DNA from: Fonticula alba ATCC 38817
Lineage: Eukaryota > Protista > Nucleariida
DNA length: 18,402 nt
Assembly: GCA_000388065.2 (NCBI GenBank)
Contig: KB932202.1
Strand: one strand, 5' to 3'
A program made the translations under genes and the position numbers. Under the pieces are notes generated by a model. It ran no database searches, had not been told where the DNA came from, and saw only the letters and a list, made by a program, of their open reading frames with translations. Below are positions 1 to 10,614 of this stretch, in pieces. How positions within the stretch are numbered: the first letter of the stretch is position 1; every line of letters begins with the position of its first letter.

Positions 1-43
1 CCCCCCCCCCCCCCTCCCCGGGGGCCAGGCCCCAAGAACGCAC

Positions 44-1225
44 CCTTGGAAACGGTCGGGATCTTCGGCTCGGGCAGGTGCGAAGCCATGAAGGAAATCA
101 TGCCGGAGATGGACATCGGCTCGGTCATGATGACCGGCGTGTCATTGCAGCCCTTGGGGAAGGCCACGACGAAGGCCTTCTCCGGCAGGGCAGCCGCGAT
201 GTTGCCCTCCCCGGCGTGGGTCAGCAGCATCTGGGTGATCTCATCCCGCACGGCCTGGGCATCACGCTGGCCGGTGAAGCCGAAGTCCACATGGCTGAAG
301 CGCGGGGCGTTGGTGATCGACCGGTAGCCCGGCGAGGCGGAGAGCTTGTCCGACACGAGGAGGACCTTGCCGTGGTAGGGCTGGTGGTGTTTTGGTGGCA
401 GTGTTTTTTTTTGCCCCCCCCAACCCCCGGGAAGGTGATGGCACAAGTGGGCCATTGTGTCAGACGCGGTGGCTTCACGCATGCGGCACGGGAAGGGGGC
501 ACGCACATTCTCATGGAGGTACTGGTCAACCGACTTGACAGGCCGGGAGTTGTTGTTGATGCTGGACAGGGCGGCATTGGTGAGGCCGATGCGCGAGCGC
601 GGGCCGGTGTAATCCTCCATGCCCTTGAGCGTCTGGATCTTGACCGTGGGGAAGCCCTGTGCGCCGCGCGCAGGCGACCCGCCCGGAAGGGGAGCAGGGA
701 GACGACATGTCAGCAGGGGGAGCCATGGGCGGCGGGAGGCAAGGGGAGGGCAGGAGGGACGGGCCGAGGCGGTGCCACATACCTGGACCTTGTACCGGTC
801 GCACAGGGGCTTCTCAACATCGCAGTTGACCACACCAAAGCGCACGGCCAGACCCTTGGACGGGTGGAATTCCTTGGCCGCCGCGATGTACTCCGGAGCC
901 AGGCTGGTGCAGTGCCCACACCAGGGGGCGTAGAAGAGCAGCACCCAGGAGGCCTGTTCGTGCAGAGCGCCGCCAGGACGGCCGGGCAGATCGCCGGAGG
1001 TCAGAGAGTGCGATCGGCCGGGCAGGGGGCCGCGAGCGTGTCCCAGGGCGGCGGGTTGCGTACCTCGGCGGGCCGGACCTTGTCCCGGATGTTGGCGCTG
1101 GTGATGTGCGTGTAGGTGTCGCTCGGGGGGAAGTGCGCCGCCGACACCAGGCCGACAAGGGCCAGCAGCAGCAGCAGCACCGCCCGCAGCGGCAGGGCCA
1201 GCAGTCCGTATGCGCGTGGAGCCAT
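44..1225 (-). CDS. Protein disulfide isomerase family, Mpd1/PDIA6-like (signal peptide + one WCGHC thioredoxin domain + non-catalytic domain); 3' end beyond window
   Basis: Exons 1225-1064, 953-783, 656-507, 380-44 join in frame across GT-AG introns. Product: MAPRAYGLLALPLRAVLLLLLALVGLVSA (signal peptide)...FYAPWCGHCTSLAPEY...VVNCDVEKPLCDRYKVQ|GFPTVK...YTGPRS. The WCGHC active site, the GFPT cis-Pro motif and the YxGxR motif are all present. A further donor (gtgcgt) lies at 43. Confidence 0.93.
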
Positions 1226-1368
1226 GGTGGCAGGTGGAGCTCGGTCGGGGAGAGGGGAGGGGAAACCGAAGCAGAAGCGGGGAAGCGGCGAGGGAGAGGG
1301 GGGCAGGTGGAAGAGAAATGGGAGGTGCCTGGGGGCTGCCCGCCGGCGCCCGGTCCCCCAAGCCGGTG

Positions 1369-1380
1369 GCTTTTAAAAGC
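1369..1380. promoter_or_regulatory. TATA-like palindrome GCTTTTAAAAGC upstream of the PDI gene
   Basis: Perfect 12-bp palindrome and the main AT patch in this GC-rich promoter, ~145 bp upstream of the PDI ATG. A similar TTTAAA occurs at 12200-12205 in the next divergent promoter. Confidence 0.4.
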
Positions 1381-1424
1381 CCGGGGCTCCGCGACCCGGG
1401 GCTCGGCCGGGGGCTGCTCGGTGA

Positions 1425-1443
1425 GATGGACAGCGGTGATTGG
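1425..1443 (-). promoter_or_regulatory. Candidate ER-stress element (CCAAT-N9-CCATC, overlapping a UPRE-like TGGACAGCG)
   Basis: The minus strand reads CCAAT-caccgctgt-CCATC (ERSE consensus is CCAAT-N9-CCACG). The plus strand reads TGGACAGCGGTG (yeast KAR2 UPRE contains TGGACAGCGTG). It lies ~200 bp upstream of a PDI gene. Confidence 0.3.
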
Positions 1444-1595
1444 TCCTGGCCAGAATGGCTCTCGGGTCACATGCTCCGGGTCAGCTGCCGCAATGGCACG
1501 TTTCAGGCGCGCGCCGCCCCTGTGCCGGGGGGCACCTGCCGGCGCGTGGCCGACCTGCGCCCCCTGACACACCCGGGCTCCGCGCCCGGCGCCCG

Positions 1596-1637
1596 GAGAG
1601 AGAGAGAGAGAGAGAGAGCGCGCGCGTGCGTGCGTGC
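1596..1637. repeat. Compound microsatellite (GA)11-(GC)n-(GTGC)n
   Basis: Read directly from the sequence. Confidence 0.95.
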
Positions 1638-2119
1638 TTCCACGGTGTGCCTGCGCGAGTGTATGCGGCGCGCGCCAAGGGGGGAGGGGGGGCAGCGCCT
1701 GCGGCTTCCGAGACCATGTGCGACCCAGGATAGGGGAGCCGAAGCCGCTGTGCCGGGGGGCGCCCCGATCGGGGCCGGCGCGCGGGCGGCGGCGACCGGG
1801 CAATGGCCCCCGGTTAATGCCCGCCGCGCGTGTCGCCGGGGCCCCGGGGGCGGAGGTGGCAAGCGCATCTGGCCTCCGACACGCGAGGTGGCATGCATGG
1901 GGGGTGTTTCTCCGGACGGTGCCCCCCAGGTCCGCACGTCGGACCGGAACATTGCCGCCGGAATCCGCCACCGGGGCATGTGCCTCGGGCGGCGGTCCGC
2001 CCTCAACGCCGGGCCACCCATTTTCCCGGCAGAGATGCCTAGTCCCCGGGCTCGGCCGTGGCCGGGCACCTCCACGGCGGGCGTGAGGATCTCCGGCCGC
2101 CGGCGCTAGGCTCAACCCC

Positions 2120-2147
2120 GCCCCCTCTTGCCCCCTCTCGCCCCCTC
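2120..2147. repeat. 10-bp tandem repeat GCCCCCTCTY, ~2.8 copies
   Basis: gccccctctt gccccctctc gccccctc, in the PDI/transporter divergent region. Confidence 0.8.
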
Positions 2148-2662
2148 CAGGGCGGCGCACCGGCCAGGCCGGCCGATTCATCGGAGGCTAAGGACTAGAG
2201 ATGCCCCTCACTCCTCCTACCGCGCCGAGTGCCGCGGGTTGAGACCGCGCGGCGGAGCATGCACGCTGGATCGCACGATCACCCCTCCCCGCCCCGCGCC
2301 CCTTGCTGCCGGGACGGGCTGAGGGCGCTCCCCGGCCGGCGAGTCGGACGAGGGGCCGGCTCAAAAGGCCGCGAGCACGGGGGCAGGCATCCATTGGGGC
2401 CGAGCCCCCGTCTCCGGCATTCTCGGCCGCTCCCCCGGGCCGGAGGGCTTTCCCCACAGTGTCCGGCCGGGTGCCTGCGCCCCCCCCCTGCTCACAGCCC
2501 CATCCTGCTGCCGGAGGCCGCTCGCGCGGCCATTTATTGCCCGGCGATGGGGGCTTGCCCATGATGAGTGGGCGGGCGCGCCCGAGTGCCTCCCCACCGA
2601 GCTCCGTTGGCTATTTCGGCACCACCACCCCGGGGCTAACCCGCAGATCTCGCCCACCCCCC

Positions 2663-2676
2663 NNNNNNNNNNNNNN
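2663..2676. other. Assembly gap (14 N) within a poly-C tract
   Basis: An N run flanked by C runs. The true length is unknown, which affects the transporter start call. Confidence 0.98.
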
Positions 2677-2753
2677 CCCCCTCTCCTCTGTCCGCCCCCT
2701 CCGCCCATTCCCTCCCGCCGCGCGCCCCCTTTCCCCGACAATATCGCCAACAC

Positions 2754-5700
2754 ATGGAAAGTCACCCCCCGGAGGGCAGCTTATGCTCGGCTAGCAGTGC
2801 CAGCCTCAGGCTGGTCGAGGTGCCGGCCGTCGACCGGTCGCCGGCCCCGCCGCCGGGCGCCACGCCGGCCAGCGAGTCTGACGATGAGGCCCCCACGACA
2901 CCTGACACCCACGAGGAGGCGGTTGATGCGCCTCTCCAGCCAGCCGGCCCCATGCCCGGCGGCCTCTCGGTTCTGTCACTCCCCGGGGCCGAGGAGGACC
3001 GCCGCTCGCTGCTGGGGGACCCACTGGTGGCGGCCACGGCCGCCAGCCATCGGGCCACCTTTCTCAGCGGGTCGCCACGGACCGTGGCCACCGGGCAGGG
3101 CATCCCCCAGATGCAATCCCTGCTCGAGGCCGAGGCGGCCAGTAGCCCGCTGGACGCGGCTGAAGGCCATGCTCGGGCCTCCTTCGAGTCGACCCTCCCC
3201 CGACACCCTTCGGAGAGCGTCTGGCTGGGGGTGGTCTCGGCGTCGCGCCTGCACCGACAGCCCGAACCGGACCCCAGTGGCAACCTCACCCCGCCGGACA
3301 GCCCGAGCGCTGATACCCTGCAATTGAACGCCCAGGACGATCCGCTCGGCGTGAACCTCGGCTTCGGCAACATGGCCAACGACTTCAGCCTGGCCGAGGA
3401 CGACTTTGCCATGCCGGCCCGGCGATCGGAGGCGTCGGCCCTGACCGCTGCTGGCCGCCCGTCCCAGGCCTCTCAATATACCGCGGCGTCGATATACGCG
3501 CGGTCGATGGCCACCGCGGCTGGCGCCGATCCCGACTCGGAGTCCGATCCCGGGAGCCAGGCCGCCCCCTTGGCTTCGTGCCCCCGCTGGCCTCCGGTCC
3601 AGCGGCTCATCTCCGTGCGTGCTGCCATCCCCCTCCCCCGCCGGCTCCCTTACCGGGTGGCCATCCCGCATCATGCCGTCCTCAGCCTGACCCTCCCTTT
3701 TCGGCCCTCTCCTCCCATCCTTCTCCCCCTCTCTTTCTCTCCGCACCGGGGTCGCGGATTCCATAGCAATGGTCCTGGTTCTTCTCCTGGAACCGGCTCT
3801 TCCGTGCCAGCAAGGAGACCTTCGCATACATGGGCGTGTCCCTGTTCTGTCTGATCGATCCGATCAGCGACTTCATGGGCACCTACTCCTACCTGGCCCC
3901 GATCATGACCCTTTTCACCCTGTCCAGCGATTCCTTCGGTCGGAACCTGCGGTTCTTCTTCTTGGCCAACCTTGGCAATGCCGTCGGCTATTCGTTCGGC
4001 GCGATTGCCCTGTGCGTGTTCCCCCCCCCCCCCCACACGCACACGCAGACATGCACACATACAGTCCCATGCTCGCTCTTTCACAGGCACCCTTCTGACC
4101 CTTTGGCTCACCGCTCGCATCCCCTCGCGGCTCCCTCCTGAGGAAGATTGACCAACCACCCGGCGCCCAAGATCGTTCTCCTCTTTCTGGGGCTCTTCTC
4201 CTTCACCCTCTTCAAGACCATCCGCCCGGAGCTTTGGGCCATCGGCCATGTGATGAGCATCAACATGCTGGTGATCGTGTCGCAGCGAGGCCCCACGTCG
4301 GCGGCCCTCAAGAATGCCTTCGATCTGTTCAAGCCCAACATCTTTGTCCTGATCTTCATCCTGCTGCTGTCGTTCCTGCTCTTCCCCCGATGGGGGAGCC
4401 GCGACTCCGAAACCGACATCGCTGAGGTTCTCCGCTGCGTGGACCAAAGCCTCCAGCTGTCGGTCATTGACTTCATCGCCGCCACGGAGAATGCCTCCGG
4501 CGACGCGGTTCCCAATGGCTCACCTCCTGGCGGGCCCCTCGCCTTCGATGCCTGTCCGCACTGTCGCCTCCCGGCATCCATCTGCTCCCTGTCCCCCTGC
4601 AGTGCCCTGACGGACTCCACCCACGAGGAGCCCATCTGCCAGCAATGCTACACCCTGCTTTTCTACACCCTGGCCAGCCAGGAGCCCATCATCCCGGCAC
4701 CGCCGGTGTGCCTGCTGCGCGAGGCCCGTGCCAGCCCGCGACGCCGGCCTCTCATCCGCCCAGCCGCCAGCCAGCGCCCACCTGCCCCGCTGCCTGCTCG
4801 CCATCGGCGGTCTGCGGGCAAGCATCGCCCTGCCCATCGGCGTCGGTCCTTGGCTCCGGTCCTTCCCACTCGCCTGGCCCTGTTGCAAGCCATCCAGCAA
4901 AGCACCCGGCCACAAGCCCCGACCCCCGGCGACCCGACACTGGAGGAGCACCGAAAACGGCACCTGGCCCAGCTGGGCGCCACGCGTTCTTCGATCACCC
5001 AGCTCGGTGCTCGGCAAATCGAGGCCGAGTGGGAGTTTGGCCGTGTTTTCTGGCACTACGATCGGTACCGGCAGATTGGCGACATCCTGCACCAAATGGT
5101 GCGCCTCGTCGGGGCCATGGGCTGCACGGTGCACACGCCGCCGCCCCCCGCGGGCCCGACGGCCCCCGGGCCGGTCCCCCGGCCCATGCCCACCCTGCTG
5201 CCCGAGCTGCCGAGTCTGGACATCCTGCGTGCCGGTGGCAGCACCTTGCCCCTCACCTCGAAGCACATTGTGACCACTGCCACCCTGGCGACCGGTCGTT
5301 GCCGTAGCTGCAATCGGCCGGTTGCGGTCCAGCCGCAGGCCATGCGCACGGGCCCCGGGGCCCCGGCCCGTGGCTACCCCCTGCAGAGCACCCTCCGGCA
5401 TCCGCTGGCCCTCGGCGGAGGCACACACCGGGCGGCCCCTGCGACGGCAAATATGCCAGCCATCCCGGGCTTGGCTCGGCCTCGCCCGGCTGGCTTGCTG
5501 AGCGCCCTCCCCCCAGCGCCCACCGGCCAGACGGATGTGGATGCCATCCAGCAGTACCTGCTGCTGATGAAGGATGCCGTGATCCTCGGCCAGCGGCGCT
5601 TTTCCACCTACGTCCAGGAGCTGGCCGAGTTCAGCATGAAGAATTCCTCCAGTCGAGCCTTCTGGTGGGTGCGCTGGTGGTGGCCCACCGGCCCGCGGCG

Positions 5701-8700
5701 CATCCTCAAGGGCGATGAACCCTTCGACACCTTCATCATCGAAGACCTGACACGCGTGGTCCGCGACTTGGAAACCTTCGAGCGCGATGCCATTCGCGGC
5801 ATCAACCCGGCAGTCGACATTACCAAGCTCCACTACAAGGTGCGCGCTACCCCGCTCAAGACCCCTGCCTTGCCCCGCCACCTGCCTCTCTCCCTGTCTG
5901 GTGTTTGCTGACCTCGTGCCGGTGCCCGGTGAATGGATTTTGGGGGGCAGATCTTCAACATGCGCGAGCTGCTGATCGGCCTCATCTCGCTCTTTGCCCT
6001 GACCAATGCCACATGCATCGAGCGCACCTCCCTTTGGCGCAATCTCTGGCGTCTCTTCGTCAACAGTGCGCTCCTGGCAGGCCCCTCCTCGCTCCATCCC
6101 CTTTGGCGCACCCCTGCCCTCCTCTCACGGCTTGCCTGCCACCCGCCAACACCGCATGCGACTCACCCCTCCCCTGGCTCCTCGCCCGCTGACTCCTTCC
6201 ATTTGCCGGCTGGTAGCATTCATTGTGTCCTCCTCTCAGAGCAAGCTCCGCCGGCAGGTGGTCACCTCGAGCAGCACCCTCTCCTCCACCGCCCATGCCG
6301 GCGTGGTTGGCGGCTTGTACACCTCCTCCCTGCCGGACCCCGGCCGCCTGCAAGACGCCAAGTATCTGGAGTCGCAGCGCATCCTCCGCGAAGCCGAGGC
6401 CATCAGCCACAGCCCTGGCCATCGTGCTCGATCGGCCTTCATGCGCCTGCGCCTGCGTACCTGGCAGCTGCATGACATAATTACGCGGTCGATCAATGTC
6501 CGTTTCGCCCTCAAGATCAGTGGCACCCTCACGTTGCTGGTGGTCCCGACCATTGTCGACTCTACGGCCACGGTTTGGTCCTACTGGTCGGTCCTGTGGT
6601 CGGCCATGACTGTGCGTGCTCATTCCATGCTCCCCCCCCCCCCCCCCCCCCTTCTTCCACCGCCGGTGTCCTGTGGCTACCCATCAGGCCGCTCCACACA
6701 CGCCGCTTGCCTTGCCCTCCCTCACCAATGCCACCGGACACCGCCGCACACCCATGCGACACCCCTTTCCCCCTTCGTCGCCCCCTGTCCTGTAGGTTCT
6801 CCTCGTGTCGCAGCCCTCCTTCGGCGGGTTCTTCCCACATGCCTTGTACCGCATCATCGGCACGGTGGCCGCCGCCGCCTGGGCCATCATCATGGACGTG
6901 GCCTTCGGCCAGTCCTTCTGGGCCACGACCGGCATGCTGATCCCCCTCATTTTTGTCGGACAGTACATCCGCCTGTTGCCCTCCTCGGCATCCGGCCTCG
7001 GGGTGCAAATCATCGGTGCCGCCTTCCCCATCATCCTGGCCTTCTACAAGAGACCCTACAATCCGCCGGTCTACACCAACATCTATGAGATTGCCTACAA
7101 GCGCGGCGTGGCCCTCATCCTGGGTTTGATCATTGCCATCCTCATCCACCGGCTCATTTGGCCGTACCTGGCGCGCGTGGTCCTCGAGCGCAAGCTGGCC
7201 GCCGTCTTCGCCACGCAGGGGGTCATCTTTTCACGCCTGCAGTCAGCCATTACCACATTCAATCCGGCCCTCCTGGCGGAGAGGCATCTGCTGGCCAGCG
7301 ACAAGTCGCGCGCGGCCAAGGCCGTCGGGCATGCGGCCGCCCACCAGCGAGACATCGCCGATGCCTCGACCGACGTCTTCAATGAGGTCCTCCGACATAT
7401 GAGCTTCTCCAGCCCGCCGCGCCTGCCGCTGATGGACACGTCGGCCGTGGTGACGGCCGTAGCCGCACGTAGCCGTGCCGGCTCGCGCGCCGGCTCGCGG
7501 CCTTCATCCACCTCGGACATCGAGCTTGAGAGCCTGGGCCCCTGGGCCAGCAACACGGCCCAACGGTCAGATCCTCCCTCCCCGGCGTCGGACGCCGGGC
7601 CCGCTCCGCCGGGCCCCGGCTCCGGAGACAAGTCTCCGCCCGAACCGTCGAACGCCCTGCCCGCCCTCAAGGGCCACAGTCGCCTGGACCTGGAGAAGGG
7701 CAAGCAGCATGCGTCGCTCTTCGGGCACCCGCTGCGAGCGCTCGATGCCGCCGTCAAAAAGCGCGACCGACTGTATGTCCGCATCCAGGTAACCCTGCAA
7801 CAGTGTCGGGCCCTGCACACGATCGCCCTCAATGAGCCCCGGTGGATGGGCAAGTGGGATGGCCCGCGGTACAACAGCCTCATCCTCGGGTGTGCCAGCC
7901 TGCTGGAGCAGATTTCCAGCCTCCGGGTGATTGCCCGCCGGGTGGAAGCCGCGCGCATCGCCTGCTCCGGGCAATTCCACCGATATGTCCGCCGGGTATT
8001 GACCCCGGGGCAGCTGGACACCCTCCGGGGGGATCCCCGCCTCGGGGCCTGGCTGGCTCGGCAGTATGTCCTCTTCGATCCCTTGAGCCCGGTGACCGCG
8101 GCCCTGGCCAGCCCGACCGGCCAGCGGGCCACCTCGTCCATCCTCCTCGGGTATCACATCCTGTCGATCACCGTTCGCGGGAAGTTGGCCCTGCCATACA
8201 ACTTCCCGGACTGCCTCGGCTCCATCGACCAGCTGATCTGCCGGCTGCGCCAGGCCACCGAGGAGGTCCTGGCTCGCGACCGCCAAACCCGAGCCGAGTC
8301 TCGATGGGCTCCGGCGGCCGGCTTGATTCCACCCACCGGCTTTCCCTTCCCCCCGCCGAAGCTCCCGGCCTCCCTCTCCTCCTGCTCGCTGCTGTCCCTG
8401 CCGCCGAACTACAACAGCACCGGAGGCAGCGGCACCAGCCCGACCGGCGCCGATGAAGCTGGCAGCTCGCTCGGCAGCGGCGGCCACTCCCCCATCAGTT
8501 TGGAGTCCCTCCCGCGCAGCGCTCTCCCAACCATCGAGTCGGCCTATGCGCTGCTCTGCCCGCGCGACTTGGAGGAGCGTCTGATGCTCATTTTCGCCTT
8601 CACATTCACCATCCGGTCGATTGCCCTCAAAATGGCCGAAATGGAGGACATCCTGCGCGCTCTCTTCGGCACCACCCACGCCCCGTCCCGCTCGCTGTTG

Positions 8701-8706
8701 GACTAG
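2754..8706 (+). CDS. ALMT/FUSC (aromatic acid exporter, ArAE_2) family multi-pass transporter, YGL140C/Bre4-like, ~1739 aa; 5' end uncertain
   Basis: Exons 2754-3614, 3767-4011, 4147-5839, 5951-6065, 6217-6611, 6796-8706 join in frame, mostly with CTGAC-type branch points. There are two TM clusters. N-cluster: ...YLAPIMTLFTLSSDSFGRNLRFFFLANLGNAVGYSFG...FVLIFILLLSFLLFPRW. C-cluster with FUSC_2-like motifs: WSAMT|VLLVSQPSFGGFFPHALYRIIGTVAAAAW...IAYKRGVALILGLIIAILIHRLIWPYLAR. A long Ser/Pro/Ala-rich N-terminus precedes them. An alternative start at 2561/2564 is possible across the gap. Confidence 0.85.
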
Positions 8707-10240
8707 ACACACGCATCCCGGCGGCCGGGGGAGCTTGCCCAGCTGCCTCCCATCCTTCCCCCCCCCCCCCCCCCCTGACACTTAGATAGATGGCGCCTTA
8801 GCCACCACCCAATAGACCTTGCTCCCTTCCACCAGCATTCTCTTCTGTCCCTCGGCAAGGTGGCAACACGCCGCTCCACAGAGGCAGGCAGGTTGCCACG
8901 GCCTTCGGCGCAGAGGCGCATGATCGCCCTGGTAGCCCAGCAGGGGGCAGCGACCAGCCGGCACTCTGGGGGGGCATCCGACGTGCATGGCTGATCCGAA
9001 GCCAGTTGCCAGCATTGCAAAGAGGGTGCTGGGGCTGTGACGCCGAGCAAGTGCCTCCTTTGGTCCAGTGGCAGGGAGGAGGGATCGAAAACGCGCAAAA
9101 GAAGACGTACGCTGCCAAGGGAGGCGGCACGTCCGCGGGTGAGTCGCGATGGGGCCAGGACGCGCAGGGAGGGCCTTCGGCGGGTATGTGTGGGACTGGC
9201 ACTTCAAACGGCATGACATCCTCCAGGCCCGGCAGGCAAGGGGCCCAAGTCCGGGCTCGACGCCGGCAGGAGCATGCGCGAAACATGGCGGCGGCCAGGG
9301 GAGGAGCAGGCCCAAGGCAAGTGACCACAGGGACACATGGACCCAGCCATGCCGCTGAGATCGCGATCAGCTGAACAGGACCCTTTGGCCAGCTGCTTTC
9401 GTGGAGGACAGCCGGCAGGCAGGTTCGAAGGGGAAGGGCGCCGAGGCGCGATGAGGAACCACGAGGCGGAGGGCGGACTCCAGGCAAGGCCCCCGCAGCG
9501 GGGAAAGACCACAAGCCCAGAGGCAGAGCCAGTCGAGGAGTGTCCAGGCAAGAAGGAACACCTGACCGAGAGGGAAGGCGGCCCGTCAACGAAGCGAGTC
9601 CAGCCAAAGAAGGGAGAGATCTAGCCAGGCATGGCCAGGGCGGCTACGCTTGGAGAGGGCACTGGCCAGTCGGCGGGCAAAGGCGAATCCAAGGCAGAAC
9701 GGCTCGGGAGGAAGTGACAACTGCCCCTAGCCGACGCCGGTGCATCACCGATTGGCTCATCTGGCAGAAGGCTCCGACAGACTGAACACAGGAAAATGGC
9801 CGCCGCAGCCGGGTGGAGGCTCTCCAAGGGCCCTGGGAGTCATGCCCGAGAAGCGGATTGACGGGTGGCCCACAGGAAAAGGGCAGGGAGGGAGAACCCA
9901 CGACCGAAAGGATGGCCACCATCGGTGGACGATCGAAAAAGCGGTCAGCCGGCATTCAATGAGGAGCCAAGGGGGAGAGGGAAGGAGAGGATTGAGGCAA
10001 ACAAGGGGGGGGAAGAGGGGGAGGAGGGGAAACTGAGTGGCATGGAATGGCACGGGCTCGCGCGGATGTCCGCGAAAAAAGGTCAAGCCGCCAGCTCGAC
10101 GTACGTGTCCTGCCTGTGGCGGACACGGACCGCCGAACTTACACCCGAAACCAGGAACACAGGGGGCAAGGTGAGACCATGCCCAGGGGTGAAAGGCGCG
10201 CCGGCACAAGGGTGCGAGATTTCGGGAGCGTCCATCAGGG

Positions 10241-10470
10241 CTATATATACATAAAAAGAATTTACCTTTGGTTAGGCTCTATTATAATGGGTTTTATCTT
10301 TTATTCTCACTCTAGTGACCATTAATGCTTATTTCAGGGACTTTGTTGCCATAAAGCTCCATGCTATATTATGAATATTTTGAAATAGATTATGGTGCAA
10401 CTATAAAAGAAATATACTTTTTTGGAAATAAATCCACCGGTTCTTCTTTTCCAGATGGACTGTTTCTATG
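10241..10470. other. AT-rich island of unknown origin
   Basis: Hand count: 52 G+C in 190 nt (27%) for 10241-10430 and 74 in 240 nt (31%) for 10241-10480, against roughly 60-70% GC in the flanks (by eye). Edges are sharp. I see no TIR, TSD or recognisable ORF. Confidence 0.9.
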
Positions 10471-10595
10471 ATTTCCCCTCGTGCCCCGTCCCTCGGATGC
10501 CCTGTGTCGGCGGTTTCTCGGCCAATCCATCTGGATGGCGTCGGCCACCGCTTGTTATTCTCCGAGTGCACCGGGCCAGCTTGCGTGGGCATCGA

Positions 10596-10614
10596 GTGTG
10601 TGTGTGTGTGTGTG
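10596..10614. repeat. (TG)9 microsatellite
   Basis: Read directly from the sequence. Confidence 0.95.

Noticed and set aside
814-2181. Long ORFs across the PDI/transporter divergent region
   Set aside because: They are Arg/Pro/Gly-rich translations running through microsatellites (LSLSLS, RERERE), as expected from stop scarcity.
4520-6097. Long antisense and alternate-frame ORFs (e.g. 4520-6097, 7567-8781, 7095-8141, 78-1115, 10891-11766, 16034-17158)
   Set aside because: These are shadows of real coding exons in a high-GC, codon-biased genome. They are Gly/Arg/Ala-rich and show no recognisable motifs.
8782-9336. Minus ORF starting MSLWSLALGLLLPW, resembling a signal peptide, with many Cys
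   Set aside because: The start codon is GTG rather than ATG, composition is random-like, and there is no family motif.
9422-9430. GGTTCGAA T-loop-like motif (and GGTTCGAT near 11198)
   Set aside because: The flanks do not form a T-stem, and no D-arm or acceptor stem is present, so these are not tRNAs.
9448-9455. Perfect PAC motif GCGATGAG
   Set aside because: It is a single 8-mer far from the Ribi genes and compatible with chance.
10104-10127. Hairpin CGTGTCC-t-GCC-tgt-GGC-GGACACG (also GGTCCG-cacgt-CGGACC at 1929-1945)
   Set aside because: Short stems are common at this GC content, and there are no snRNA, SRP or RNase P/MRP conserved boxes nearby.
10269-10277. CCTAACC on the minus strand as a possible telomerase RNA template
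   Set aside because: Only one repeat plus 1 nt, too short for template plus alignment region, and no other support.
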